A DNA stretch of 64,000 bases, taken from positions 12,846 through 76,845 of IMG/VR virus record IMGVR_UViG_3300038760_000073; one strand, 5' to 3'. Source of the stretch: a virus. Shown here one piece after another: positions 28,476 through 39,062 of the stretch. The notes beneath the pieces were generated by a model. It worked only from the letters and a program-made list of their open reading frames with translations, was not told the DNA's origin and did no database searches. A program made the position numbers and the translations under genes. Within the stretch, counting starts at the first letter, position 1. Each line of letters opens with the position of its first letter.

Positions 28476-29905
28476 TATTATTTGATTATATCAAAAATAC
28501 AAATAGACTTGTTGTTAATTGTGAAGATGATAATATTTTTAATCAAATACGAGAGCACTTTAGTGTTAAAAATGATGATGCTAAATTTGCAAGACGGTTT
28601 AACAAGTTTGCTCCAAAGAGAAAATATGTTATAACACCAAATGGCACATGTGAGTTAGGACTATATTGGGATATACGCAAGTTTTTGCGGAGTAACCAGA
28701 TCAATATAGATATACAGGTAACTGATAGTCTAGAAAAGGTAATTAACATTGGGGTGCCTGGTGTTATTTACAACAATTTTAAGTTTAACTTACGTGATTA
28801 CCAGCTAGATGTAGTAGAACGTGCATTAAAGTTAGGTAGAGGTACATGTATATTAGGTACAGGAGCTGGTAAGACGTTTACAACTGCAGCTTTAATTGAA
28901 AATTTCTATAGAAAATCGCCGGATATAGATACTTTTAAGTGTCTAGTTATTGTACCTGACCTAGGCCTAGTCGAACAGACATATAAAGAGTTTATAGAGT
29001 GTGGATCCACCTATAAACTTACTAGGTGGACTGGTAGTATTGATCCAGACCTTACTGCAAACGTCATTATTGCAAATAATGGTATTATTCAAAGTAGATT
29101 TGATAAGAGTGATTGGATTAAATATATAGATTTATTAATAGTTGACGAGTGTCATAAAATAACAGCAGCATCGAAATTAGCTAAGATAGTTAAGCAGATT
29201 AAAACACAGCATAAATTTGGGTTTACTGGTACATTATCTGAAAACTTGCTCAATCAATGGGCTGTTATAGGAAGATTAGGACCTATTATATATGAAAAGA
29301 ATAGTTATGAGCTAAGACAAGCAGATCATCTTGTTAATGTATCAGTTAAAATCTTAAACATAAAGTATAACGCACCACTTCGCTATATAACTGACAATAA
29401 ATATAAAGAAGAGCTAGATTTTATATATGACTCACCCGGTCGTAATGAACTTATACTTAAACTATGTAGTAAGTTGAGTAATAATATACTGCTCTTAGTA
29501 AATCATATAAGACATGGTGATATTTTAGAACAATATCTCTCAAATATAAAGAATAAACAGGTATTTTTTATAAGAGGTGATGTAGGGGTAGATGAACGAG
29601 AAAAGATTAAAGAAATTATGGAGACTAATTCAAATGTTGTTTGTATTGCCATTAGTGCAATATTTTCAACAGGGGTTAATATTAAAAATCTGCATAATAT
29701 TATATTTACCGCCGGTGGAAAGTCATTTATCCGAACAGTTCAATCAATTGGCCGAGGCCTTAGAAAACATGATACTAAAGAGGAGCTAATAATTTTAGAT
29801 ATATGTGATGATCTAATATATGGTATTAAACATAATACAAAACGAAAAGAAATTTATGATAAAGAAAAAATACCATACACAGAGACAACTATTAGTGTTT
29901 TATAA
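28472..29905 (+). CDS. uvsW: DNA helicase UvsW
   Basis: LRDYQ, GTGAGKT, DECH, GFTGT, FSTGVNIKNLH, QSIGRGLR. Confidence 0.92.
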   Translation: MILFDYIKNTNRLVVNCEDDNIFNQIREHFSVKNDDAKFARRFNKFAPKRKYVITPNGTCELGLYWDIRKFLRSNQINIDIQVTDSLEKVINIGVPGVIYNNFKFNLRDYQLDVVERALKLGRGTCILGTGAGKTFTTAALIENFYRKSPDIDTFKCLVIVPDLGLVEQTYKEFIECGSTYKLTRWTGSIDPDLTANVIIANNGIIQSRFDKSDWIKYIDLLIVDECHKITAASKLAKIVKQIKTQHKFGFTGTLSENLLNQWAVIGRLGPIIYEKNSYELRQADHLVNVSVKILNIKYNAPLRYITDNKYKEELDFIYDSPGRNELILKLCSKLSNNILLLVNHIRHGDILEQYLSNIKNKQVFFIRGDVGVDEREKIKEIMETNSNVVCIAISAIFSTGVNIKNLHNIIFTAGGKSFIRTVQSIGRGLRKHDTKEELIILDICDDLIYGIKHNTKRKEIYDKEKIPYTETTISVL

Positions 29906-29906
29906 C

Positions 29907-29934
29907 TTGTTTTTAATCAAACATATACTATAAT
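29907..29934 (+). promoter_or_regulatory. Promoter TTGTTT-N16-TATAAT, 6 nt before gp55
   Basis: Read directly from the sequence. Confidence 0.6.
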
Positions 29935-29940
29935 AGTATA

Positions 29941-30372
29941 ATGTCCAAGGAAAAAGAAGAATATTATATTCAACCTAAGGTCTTTAAGGAGTCGTTACGC
30001 GCTTATTATGACACAGATAACTTAACTGATGATCTAGCGGAAAATATTAAAAAAATTGCATATGGTTTGAGTTATAATTCATCATTTATAAATTATACAT
30101 ATAAAGATGACATGATAGGGGATGCACTTATTAAAATGTATTCCGCTTTAAAGTTTAAAAAATATCGGTTTGAAACAGGTTCGAACCCCTTTTCGTACTT
30201 TACAACAATTGCATACCATGCTTTTATCAACCGTATTAAGAAAGAGAAAAAGCACCACGAAGCTATTTGCAATTATAAAGAAAAGATTTATGAAGAATAT
30301 ATGTCTGACCCAAATAACACATGCGGATATATATATGTAAAGCCAATAGATGATGATTCCGACGATTACTAA
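29941..30372 (+). CDS. gp55: Late-transcription sigma factor
   Basis: IAYGLS...FINYTYKDDMIGDA, NPFSYFTTIAYHAFINRIKKEKK. Confidence 0.92.
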   Translation: MSKEKEEYYIQPKVFKESLRAYYDTDNLTDDLAENIKKIAYGLSYNSSFINYTYKDDMIGDALIKMYSALKFKKYRFETGSNPFSYFTTIAYHAFINRIKKEKKHHEAICNYKEKIYEEYMSDPNNTCGYIYVKPIDDDSDDY

Positions 30373-31417
30373 GCCTAGAGTAGCTATTATATCTGATTTA
30401 CATCTCGGCGTACATGCAAATAGTTTGGAATGGCATAAAAATGCTATAGAGTGGGCAAATTGGTTTAAGGTAGAGTGTTTATCCAATAATATAGTAGATA
30501 TTATTTTTTGTGGTGATTGGCACCATAACAGAAGTGAGATATCTGTAAGCACATTACAGGTATCAGCTGATATTTTAGATATATTATCTGAATTTAATCT
30601 AATTATGATTATAGGTAATCATGATATATACTATAAATACAGAACTGATGTCAATTCCCTATCTGTTTTTAGGAATAGAAAGAATGTAACAATCTTGGAT
30701 AGGTATCAAACTGTTGAAACATTTAATAAAAAGATATCTTTCTGCCCATGGAATACATCTATATCTGAAATAGAACAGAGTGATATAATATTTGGTCATT
30801 TTGAGATTGAAACATTTAAAATGAACGCATTTAAGGTGTGTGAAGAGGGTATTAAAATAAAGGAGCTCCTCAAAAGGTCGGATTTAATTATTTCCGGGCA
30901 TTTCCACACAAGACATGAAAAGAACTTTGGGACAGGTACTATCTTATATGTAGGTAACCCATTTCAGATGGATTTTGGTGATACAGAGAACCAGAAAGGT
31001 TATTATATACTAGATATAACCACTAATAAGTATGATTTTGTGCCAAACAATGTATCATCTAGGTATAAAAAGGTTAATTTAAGTTGTTTAGTTAAAGAAG
31101 AAACAATTACACCTAACATTATTAATATTATATCTAATAATCTAGTTAAGTTGAAGATTGATATGAATATATCACAGGAAGACATGGATATACTGTTAGC
31201 TGTGTTGTATAAGCTTAACCCCGAGTCATTGACCGTTGATTATGACATCAATTATAATAGATTATTAAATGATACAGCAGATGTTGATGATCTGTCAGGT
31301 ATCGATGTAGAACAAGCTATTCAAGAGTTTGTAAAGGTGCTTGATTTAGATAATAAGAATGATATTATAGAATATACATTAGATCTCTATGAAAAAAGTA
31401 AATTTCAAGCGAATTAG
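30350..31417 (+). CDS. gp47: Recombination nuclease (Mre11/SbcD-like)
   Basis: SDLHLG, GDW, GNHD, GHFE, SGHFH. Confidence 0.92.
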   Translation: MMIPTITKPRVAIISDLHLGVHANSLEWHKNAIEWANWFKVECLSNNIVDIIFCGDWHHNRSEISVSTLQVSADILDILSEFNLIMIIGNHDIYYKYRTDVNSLSVFRNRKNVTILDRYQTVETFNKKISFCPWNTSISEIEQSDIIFGHFEIETFKMNAFKVCEEGIKIKELLKRSDLIISGHFHTRHEKNFGTGTILYVGNPFQMDFGDTENQKGYYILDITTNKYDFVPNNVSSRYKKVNLSCLVKEETITPNIINIISNNLVKLKIDMNISQEDMDILLAVLYKLNPESLTVDYDINYNRLLNDTADVDDLSGIDVEQAIQEFVKVLDLDNKNDIIEYTLDLYEKSKFQAN

Positions 31418-33194
31418 TATATTAAATTTTTTATCCGTTGGTGATGAGGTAGTATCAGTGGATTTTAAAACAGGTTTACATGTAATTACAGGTATTAATT
31501 ACGACAAACCGGATCGAAGAAACGCAATTGGTAAAAGCACAATAGCTGATGCTATATATTTTGCAATTTTTGGCGAAACATTACGTGATATTAAAAAGGA
31601 CCTTATATCAAATAATGTAACTAGTGGTAACACTCATGTTGAGCTGGATTTTGAAGTTATTACACCATCAGGGACTAATGAGTATAAGATAGTTCGAACG
31701 CTCGGACCATCAAAAGTCTTTATATACAAAAATAATAAAGACAAAACACGTGATAGTATATCAAACACCAACAAATATATATGTAATGTAACGAGCGCTT
31801 CCCCATCCATATTTAAAAACTGTGTAATTATGACAGTTAATAATGCTATACCGTTTATGGCTAAGAATAAGGTGGAAAAACGAAAGTTTATAGAAGATAT
31901 ATTTGGGATGGAAGTATTCTCGCAGATGTTATCCATTCTCCGCGCTGAGTATAATGATGTTAAGAAAGAATATGAAATTGATCAATCAAAACTAGATGAA
32001 TTACAGAAAACATATGCTGAATATATAAAGCAGCAGGATGACATATTAGCAGCGCGTAAATCTAAGAGGGGCATATATAAAAGTAGGCAGCAGAATAATA
32101 TAGATGATCTAGCCAAGTTAAATAAAGAGCTTAGCCAATATAAAGAGGAAGACTTAGATAGCATTAAAAAATCAATTGAACAGCTTAACAACCTTTTACC
32201 TAAATGTGATGCTAGAATTACAGAATATGTAGAGACTATTAGTTCTGAAAAAGCAAAAACTGGTCATTTAAAAGATATACTTTCTAAAATTGGTACTGAT
32301 AAAGATACATGTCCAGTATGCTTAAAAAGTATTCAGGACCACGATAAAGGGTATATTAATAAGGAGAAGGAGCAGCTTAAAAACACCATAAAGTTGATGG
32401 TTGATGGTATTAAGACTGTTAATGACTACCTCAAGAAGTATAGAGGGGTTAGAGAGACAATTTGCAAAACTATTACAGATAACAACCAGCGATTATCAGA
32501 TGCTATGTTATCTAAACAACGCGTTGGTAATATTAATGATAAAATTCAGCAGATACATCAATGGCAAGATGAATTACAGGTAGATTTAGATGTTATAGAA
32601 AGTACTAACACTGATTTTGATAACTTAATCGAATCTTCAAATAGTAGAATAAATGACTTATTGGAAAAAGTTAATAAGTTGAAGAAACATATAGCTAATC
32701 TAGATATTGTTAAGTATATTGTATCAGAGGAAGGCGTTAAATCCTACATTGTAAATAGACTCCTTGAATTATTAAATAGTAAATTGCTACAATATCTAAA
32801 AAGATTAGATGCAAATTCTATTTGTATATTTAATGAGTATTTTGAAGAAGAAATAATAAATGAAAAAAATAAAGTCTGCTCTTACTTTAATTTTTCAGGT
32901 GCAGAGAGGAAATCTATAGATCTTGCATGCTTATTTACCTTTTCTGACATTAGAAGATTGCAGGGTGGTGTTAAATATAATGTTGTTATATATGATGAGC
33001 TATTTGACAGCTCATTTGATGAGAAGGGTATTGAGATGGTTACACAGATATTACAAGATAGGGTTAAGGAGCTGGATGAGTGTTGTATTATTATATCACA
33101 TCGAAAAGAGTCTATTAAAGCGGTCACCGGTGATGTTATATATTTAACTAAGCAAAATGGTATAACGAGACGCGTTGCATATACTGAAATCTAA
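31389..33194 (+). CDS. gp46: Recombination ATPase (Rad50/SbcC-like)
   Basis: NFLSVG, NAIGKST, CPVC hook, FSGAE, DELFDSS, SH. Confidence 0.93.
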   Translation: MKKVNFKRISILNFLSVGDEVVSVDFKTGLHVITGINYDKPDRRNAIGKSTIADAIYFAIFGETLRDIKKDLISNNVTSGNTHVELDFEVITPSGTNEYKIVRTLGPSKVFIYKNNKDKTRDSISNTNKYICNVTSASPSIFKNCVIMTVNNAIPFMAKNKVEKRKFIEDIFGMEVFSQMLSILRAEYNDVKKEYEIDQSKLDELQKTYAEYIKQQDDILAARKSKRGIYKSRQQNNIDDLAKLNKELSQYKEEDLDSIKKSIEQLNNLLPKCDARITEYVETISSEKAKTGHLKDILSKIGTDKDTCPVCLKSIQDHDKGYINKEKEQLKNTIKLMVDGIKTVNDYLKKYRGVRETICKTITDNNQRLSDAMLSKQRVGNINDKIQQIHQWQDELQVDLDVIESTNTDFDNLIESSNSRINDLLEKVNKLKKHIANLDIVKYIVSEEGVKSYIVNRLLELLNSKLLQYLKRLDANSICIFNEYFEEEIINEKNKVCSYFNFSGAERKSIDLACLFTFSDIRRLQGGVKYNVVIYDELFDSSFDEKGIEMVTQILQDRVKELDECCIIISHRKESIKAVTGDVIYLTKQNGITRRVAYTEI

Positions 33195-33208
33195 AATAAA
33201 TAACATCG

Positions 33209-34438
33209 ATGCTTTCACCTCAACCCTTCTCACAACCCTTTGCGCAACCCTTTGCATCACCGTTCCCGAGAACGGGTCCTGGATTTTCATCACAACGAAA
33301 AAATAACGCGCCCATGCCTCGAGAAATGTCGCTGCCTAGATATATTAACTATTTGGCTGACCTAAGTGGTTGTGGCCACTGGCGTGTGCTATGGCCAGAG
33401 CAAGTTATTAACGCGACCGGTCGAGGAATTTCTCACTCTATAACATCGATGGTAACTGATCCAAGGTTTTATCAAAATGTTAAGGTAGTTAAACTGCAGA
33501 GACAAGCATCATCTGTTCAGAAAAAATTTGTTGAATTTCTCAAAAAGATACAACCTGATTATGGGTTTAAATTGATGTATGAAGTGGATGATGTTATCTT
33601 TAGGGAAGAAATACCTGATTATAATAAGTTTAAGTTTGCATTTGATAGTGAAGAAGTTCGAAATAACTGTATTGATATTATTAATATGGTTGATGAAGTT
33701 ACTGTTACTTGTGATTTCATGCGAAGGTTATATTTAGACAAAACATCGCAGAAGAATATAACAGTTATCCCCAACTTTGTACCAGATTTTTGGATGGGAC
33801 ATTTATACAATGGTAAGGAAGTTGTGCAGCAGTTCGATATAAATAAGAAGAAGCCAAGAATTTTATATACAGGGTCTGGAGCCCATTATGATGTAGAAAA
33901 TAAGACTGGTGGTGAGGATGATTTTTCAGGCGTCCGTGATTTTGTTAGAAAGACTGTTGATAAGTATCAGTGGGTGTTTGTTGGCGCTTTTCCTCCCCAG
34001 TTAGCTGATCTAGTTAAGCAAAATAAAATTGAATTCTATCCATGGCAAAATTTACTAAACTATCCTCGTGTAATTAGAAATCTAAATGTGCAGCTTATGG
34101 TAGCCCCCTTACAGGTTAATAATTTTAATAAAGCTAAATCAGATATTAAGTTTATTGAAGCATGCACTTTAGGTATTCCGTGTTTGTGTCAAGATATGGA
34201 GACATATAGTAACGCACCACCATCACTTAAGTTTAGTAATAGTGAAGAATTTGGTGATAAAATTGATACTATACTAAAGTGGAAAAACAGAAGTAAGTAT
34301 TATAAAAATGTAGAAGCTCTACATCAAATTGGTGCTGGTAGAATGCTTGAAAAAGAGTCAAATATTGGTGCCATTATGGAATCGTTAAACACACCATATG
34401 ACTCACCTGATAGAAAATACGCCGTAGAGTGGAATTAA
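33209..34438 (+). CDS. GT-B fold (GT4-like) glycosyltransferase
   Basis: SGCGHWRV.WP, YEVDD, VIPN, APL..N.FN.AKSDIK..E. Confidence 0.8.
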   Translation: MLSPQPFSQPFAQPFASPFPRTGPGFSSQRKNNAPMPREMSLPRYINYLADLSGCGHWRVLWPEQVINATGRGISHSITSMVTDPRFYQNVKVVKLQRQASSVQKKFVEFLKKIQPDYGFKLMYEVDDVIFREEIPDYNKFKFAFDSEEVRNNCIDIINMVDEVTVTCDFMRRLYLDKTSQKNITVIPNFVPDFWMGHLYNGKEVVQQFDINKKKPRILYTGSGAHYDVENKTGGEDDFSGVRDFVRKTVDKYQWVFVGAFPPQLADLVKQNKIEFYPWQNLLNYPRVIRNLNVQLMVAPLQVNNFNKAKSDIKFIEACTLGIPCLCQDMETYSNAPPSLKFSNSEEFGDKIDTILKWKNRSKYYKNVEALHQIGAGRMLEKESNIGAIMESLNTPYDSPDRKYAVEWN

Positions 34439-34441
34439 TTG

Positions 34442-34469
34442 TAGATTAAAATAGGAACTGACATATAAT
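34442..34469 (+). promoter_or_regulatory. Promoter TAGATT-N16-TATAAT, 6 nt before polymerase GTG
   Basis: Read directly from the sequence. Confidence 0.6.
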
Positions 34470-34475
34470 CTATAT

Positions 34476-37040
34476 GTGGCTTATAGAAATGCAATTTATG
34501 ATGGACGTGAAGGTGTAGTTAAATTATTTTGCTGGGATGAGGATGGTAATCGTATTGTTACAACTACCTCTCATGAGCCTTACCTCTATGTTGAAAATCC
34601 AACCGGGGATAAGGTATCTATTTTTGGTACAGCAGTTAAAAAGAAGAGCTTTCAGAATGGGTATCTAAAGTCAAGATTTTTGAAGGATTCTGGCGTTAAG
34701 AGAATTTTTGAAAATATGCCACCCGTACAGCAATTCCTATTAGATGTATATTGGAAGGATAACGAAAAAGAAGACTTCAGTCAATTCCCACTAAAGTGCT
34801 GTTTTCTAGATATTGAAACATTCTCGGTTGATACTTTCCCTGATATTGACAATCCAACTCATACAATTAATGTCATTACATGTTATGATAACTTTAGTAA
34901 AAAGTTTTTTACCTTTGGGTTAAAACCATATACAGGTACGTTACAAGATAATGTTGTATATGTTCATTGTAAGGATGAAAAGGAATTGCTAATTAAATTT
35001 ATTGAGTATATGGAATCAGACTACCCTGATATATTATCAGGGTGGAACTCTGAAGGTTTTGATATTCCATATATTATTAATAGAATGGAGAGAATTCTTG
35101 GTGAGGATTATGTTAAGAGGTTATCACCTGTTGGTAATGTATATTTTAGATTAATGAGAGGCCAGTTTGGTCAGGAAAAGAAAAGGTATTTTATTACTGG
35201 TATTGCCTGCCTAGACTTCCTAGATGTTTATAAGAGGTTTTGTCTTAAGTTGAGAGAATCATATAAGTTAGATGCGATTGGTGGTGTAGAGCTCGGTGAA
35301 ACCAAAGTGGATTATGAGGGTATGTCGCTAGCAGAACTATCAGAGAAAGATTGGAATAAATTTATTGACTACAACATTCAAGATGTTAATCTACTAGTTA
35401 AGTTAGAAGAGAAACTTCAATATATACCACTCTTGAGAATGTTATCATATGTTGGGTTAACCAACCTCGAGGGTGCTATGGGTACAATTCAGGTTATTAA
35501 TGGTGCGTTATGTGTTAGAGCTCGAAATAGGGGTGAGATTATATCTACGTTTGTTCGAAATGAGGGTGAAGGTAAAAATCCGGGTGCGTATGTAGCTGAA
35601 CCTAAATCTGGATTTAAAAATCATATTGTATCATTTGATGCAAATTCACTATATCCAAATGTGATGATATCACTTAATACATCTCCGGAGACTAAAGTTG
35701 GTAAGGTTGATATTATTGATGATAAAGTTATAATTCAGCATGTTTCTGGTAAGCAGTTTAGTTTGGATAAACCTGCCTTCGCAAAATTTCTTAAAAAGGA
35801 AGAATGTTCATTATCCAAAGCTGGTTTTATGTTTACTCAAAAAAAGAAAGGTATCATACCTGAATTTTTGGAATACTATTATAATCAACGTGTTGGTATT
35901 AAGAAGAAATTATTTATAGCAAAGCAGAAGCTTGAAAAAGATTCAACTAATACCAATCTTAAGTATGAGGTTGAGAGACTTAATACCTCACAGATGGTAA
36001 TTAAAATACTTATTAATTCCTGTTATGGTTATATGGGAAACAAAAAGGCCCCTATTGGGGATGATGATATTGCATCATCTGTAACATTAACTGGTCAAGC
36101 AGTTATTAAGAAATCAAATGAGTTTATTAAAGAGTATATTAAGTCACGCGTACCGTCTCTTAGTGATCATCAACTTGAAGAGAATATCATTTACAACGAT
36201 ACAGATAGTTCGTACATCTCTATATCACCTATTATTGAAAGTGGTTTAATTAAGTTTTGGGATGGTGATCAAGTTCATCAAGAGACCTATGACGAAATTC
36301 AAAAAATTGAAGATTATCTTAATAAGAATATGGAAGGTTGGGCGAAGAAAGCCATCCTCACTAAAAATAGTAGGTTTGTATTTAAGAGAGAGTGTATAGC
36401 TGATACTGGAGTGTTCTTACAGAAGAAGAGATATGTTATGCATATCTTAGACGATGAAGGTATTAAGAAACAAAAGTTTAAGTATACTGGTGTTGAAGTA
36501 GTTCGAACTACAATGCCGGATGCAATTAAGCCATATGCTAAAAGGATCATTGAGACAATGCTCTCTACACAGTCATTGAAGGAGACAAATAAAGTACTAA
36601 ATGATACCTATGAAATATTTAAAACCTTAGCCCCAGAGCAAATAGCTTTTGTGATGGGCGTGAAGGGGTATGAAAAATATGCTGTTCAGTGTAAGCAATT
36701 TAAAACTTGCAAGGGAATGCCTATACATGTTAAGTCTGCATATTTTTATAACATGATGTTAGATATGCTAAATACAGGCAATAAGTATGAGAAGCTTAGT
36801 TCTGGTGATAAGGTAAGATATTTATACCTACAGCAACCAAATAAATATAGGTTAGATACTATTGGATTTAAATACGAATTTCCAGCTGAGTTGGGTGAAC
36901 TATTTAAAGTTGACTATGAAAAAATGTTTGAAAAAATTCTCTTTCAAGGTATCGAGAGGTTCTATAATAACGTTTCATGGGCTATTCGTCGACCAACAGC
37001 GAATGTTCAAACAGAACTATTTGATATTTTTGGCTCATAG
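34476..37040 (+). CDS. gp43: Family B DNA polymerase
   Basis: DIET, GWNSEGFD, YNIQD, DANSLYP, KILINSCYG, YNDTDS, KKRY. Confidence 0.97.
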   Translation: MAYRNAIYDGREGVVKLFCWDEDGNRIVTTTSHEPYLYVENPTGDKVSIFGTAVKKKSFQNGYLKSRFLKDSGVKRIFENMPPVQQFLLDVYWKDNEKEDFSQFPLKCCFLDIETFSVDTFPDIDNPTHTINVITCYDNFSKKFFTFGLKPYTGTLQDNVVYVHCKDEKELLIKFIEYMESDYPDILSGWNSEGFDIPYIINRMERILGEDYVKRLSPVGNVYFRLMRGQFGQEKKRYFITGIACLDFLDVYKRFCLKLRESYKLDAIGGVELGETKVDYEGMSLAELSEKDWNKFIDYNIQDVNLLVKLEEKLQYIPLLRMLSYVGLTNLEGAMGTIQVINGALCVRARNRGEIISTFVRNEGEGKNPGAYVAEPKSGFKNHIVSFDANSLYPNVMISLNTSPETKVGKVDIIDDKVIIQHVSGKQFSLDKPAFAKFLKKEECSLSKAGFMFTQKKKGIIPEFLEYYYNQRVGIKKKLFIAKQKLEKDSTNTNLKYEVERLNTSQMVIKILINSCYGYMGNKKAPIGDDDIASSVTLTGQAVIKKSNEFIKEYIKSRVPSLSDHQLEENIIYNDTDSSYISISPIIESGLIKFWDGDQVHQETYDEIQKIEDYLNKNMEGWAKKAILTKNSRFVFKRECIADTGVFLQKKRYVMHILDDEGIKKQKFKYTGVEVVRTTMPDAIKPYAKRIIETMLSTQSLKETNKVLNDTYEIFKTLAPEQIAFVMGVKGYEKYAVQCKQFKTCKGMPIHVKSAYFYNMMLDMLNTGNKYEKLSSGDKVRYLYLQQPNKYRLDTIGFKYEFPAELGELFKVDYEKMFEKILFQGIERFYNNVSWAIRRPTANVQTELFDIFGS

Positions 37041-37057
37041 ACTATATATATGTACAT

Positions 37058-37354
37058 ATGGAAAAATACCTAGACAGACCACAAGATGATGGAACACGTA
37101 ATTCTCACCCATCGTACTGGAGAGGTAGAGCGAGAGGTACAGCAGAGATTTTAAATATTATTAAAAATATTGCAGAGGGTAAAGATGTAGGTGATGACAT
37201 AATTGCATCCCCAGTTGTTGAAGCCGCTAGACGTATTATACTAACATACAAAGATACCCTAACACACGCTTCGAAAAAATCTACATACCTAGCTAAACAT
37301 GCAGGTATAGCTGTAGAAACAGCTGAGAAGTTAGCTGAGCAGATAAAGCTTTAA
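37058..37354 (+). CDS. Hypothetical protein
   Basis: ORF after gp43. Confidence 0.6.
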   Translation: MEKYLDRPQDDGTRNSHPSYWRGRARGTAEILNIIKNIAEGKDVGDDIIASPVVEAARRIILTYKDTLTHASKKSTYLAKHAGIAVETAEKLAEQIKL

Positions 37355-39054
37355 TTTTCTCTCCTGTCTTCAGGTTTGTAATGCATGATTCTATCATGCC
37401 ATATTGGTGAGGCGAGTAGTATACCTGTTTTGAGTTCATCATCTACATTTTTTTGATGCATGTATGACATCCATGTTTGCTCGTATGGGTGAGCCCATGT
37501 AGTATCAATAAACATCTTTTTATTACCTGCTTTACTAACAATCATCGGCCAGTTAGCATAATATACCTCCCCGTCGATGTATGATACACCATCCACATTA
37601 CCTATATTATTAAATTTAGTTCTAGGGCAATTATTGTCTAGTCCATGTATTGGTAACTGATCATAATGTGGCCATAATTTAGATCTTACATCTTGTGGTA
37701 CATTATACCATGAACATTGCTTATCGTTATCAAAGTATACCTCTGTAAATGATAGTTTGAGAAAATCAAACTCTTCCTTTATCATTATTTTATGTAATAT
37801 ATCGTATAGACCAGGTATATATTTCTTAAACCCATTCCTACAAAATTGACCCTCTAATTCAGGTGGATTAACAGTCATATCATCCTCAAAAAAGAACATA
37901 TAATCTGCATCTGACTTATCAAAATGTTCAGCCGCGGCTTGTCGTCCACCACATATACCGGTATTACCGCCTAAATCAATATATTCAAACCCATACTCTT
38001 TACATGTTTGTTGGTTTTTAATTTTACTTTGTTCATCTGTCGAGTTATCTAGTAAAATTAAATCAGGCTTTTCTAACCACTCAGATGCCTTTTCCATTGT
38101 ATTAATTGTATGTAGTGGCTGCTCAGGAAAATTAAATGTGAGCATATATAGATTGGTTTTTAGCTTACTAATATCATATGTACTACCAGTAGGTTGATCA
38201 GTAGCTTTACGCTCAGGTACCTCTTCTAGCTCTACGTGTTCCCCTTCCAAAGCATTAACGAAGGTACCTATCATACCGTACTCTTCTAATGCAAATCTCC
38301 TATATTTCTCTGGGTGAGATTTGGCCATTATCGAGAAAACACTTTCCTCAGTACCCATGTAACCTTCACCTATAGTCCTATCTAATAACCCGTAGTATTC
38401 GCTATTTGCATCGGATATAGCATCCTTATGACCACCAAATAACCCTCCGCGGCAAACATAATCTACCTTCTCACCTGCAAATTTATTCATAGCATTAAAA
38501 TCAAATCCATGTATCTCATTCGCTGCTTTGTAGGGGTAAGATAAGAACAAAAACGGATCTAGATAATCCGTTATCTTAGATAAGGTATCTTCACTATACA
38601 AGGTATTTGCATTTACAGTCTGAGTAATACCTGCATCTAGCCAGATGAAATAATCAGTATCAAATGGATCCCATATTTTAGCGTCATGTAAAAAAGGCAT
38701 TTTCGACATTACAATAGGATTATAATATTCATTCTTACACTGCGGTGAATTTTTAAGCCACCCACCTTCTCCTGTTATATTCTGCCACGCTTCACTAGTT
38801 CTTATATCTTGAACTCTATCCCAAAAAGGTAAAAACATATTAGTTTTAATATCCTCTAATTCATATATCTTAATTAGAGTGTTATCTCGAGATCGTCTTT
38901 CTAATACGAATGACTCTAAAGATTTCGGAATAAACAGAATCATGTTACACGGTATTTTAAGAAACAAGTCAAAATGTTCTTCATACCTAGACCACTCACG
39001 CCCCTCTCTTCCAATATCCCATAAGCCAGAAACTATAGTCAGATTATTACTCAT
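37351..39054 (-). CDS. HtrL/YibB(WlaTC)-like domain fused to a GT2-like domain
   Basis: TIVSGLWDIGR, SK..FL, DPFDTDYFIWLDAG, GGLFGG; C-terminal LLDNS, GICGGR, FFEDD. Confidence 0.75.
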   Translation of the reverse strand: MSNNLTIVSGLWDIGREGREWSRYEEHFDLFLKIPCNMILFIPKSLESFVLERRSRDNTLIKIYELEDIKTNMFLPFWDRVQDIRTSEAWQNITGEGGWLKNSPQCKNEYYNPIVMSKMPFLHDAKIWDPFDTDYFIWLDAGITQTVNANTLYSEDTLSKITDYLDPFLFLSYPYKAANEIHGFDFNAMNKFAGEKVDYVCRGGLFGGHKDAISDANSEYYGLLDRTIGEGYMGTEESVFSIMAKSHPEKYRRFALEEYGMIGTFVNALEGEHVELEEVPERKATDQPTGSTYDISKLKTNLYMLTFNFPEQPLHTINTMEKASEWLEKPDLILLDNSTDEQSKIKNQQTCKEYGFEYIDLGGNTGICGGRQAAAEHFDKSDADYMFFFEDDMTVNPPELEGQFCRNGFKKYIPGLYDILHKIMIKEEFDFLKLSFTEVYFDNDKQCSWYNVPQDVRSKLWPHYDQLPIHGLDNNCPRTKFNNIGNVDGVSYIDGEVYYANWPMIVSKAGNKKMFIDTTWAHPYEQTWMSYMHQKNVDDELKTGILLASPIWHDRIMHYKPEDRREN

Positions 39055-39062
39055 AAACCTTA

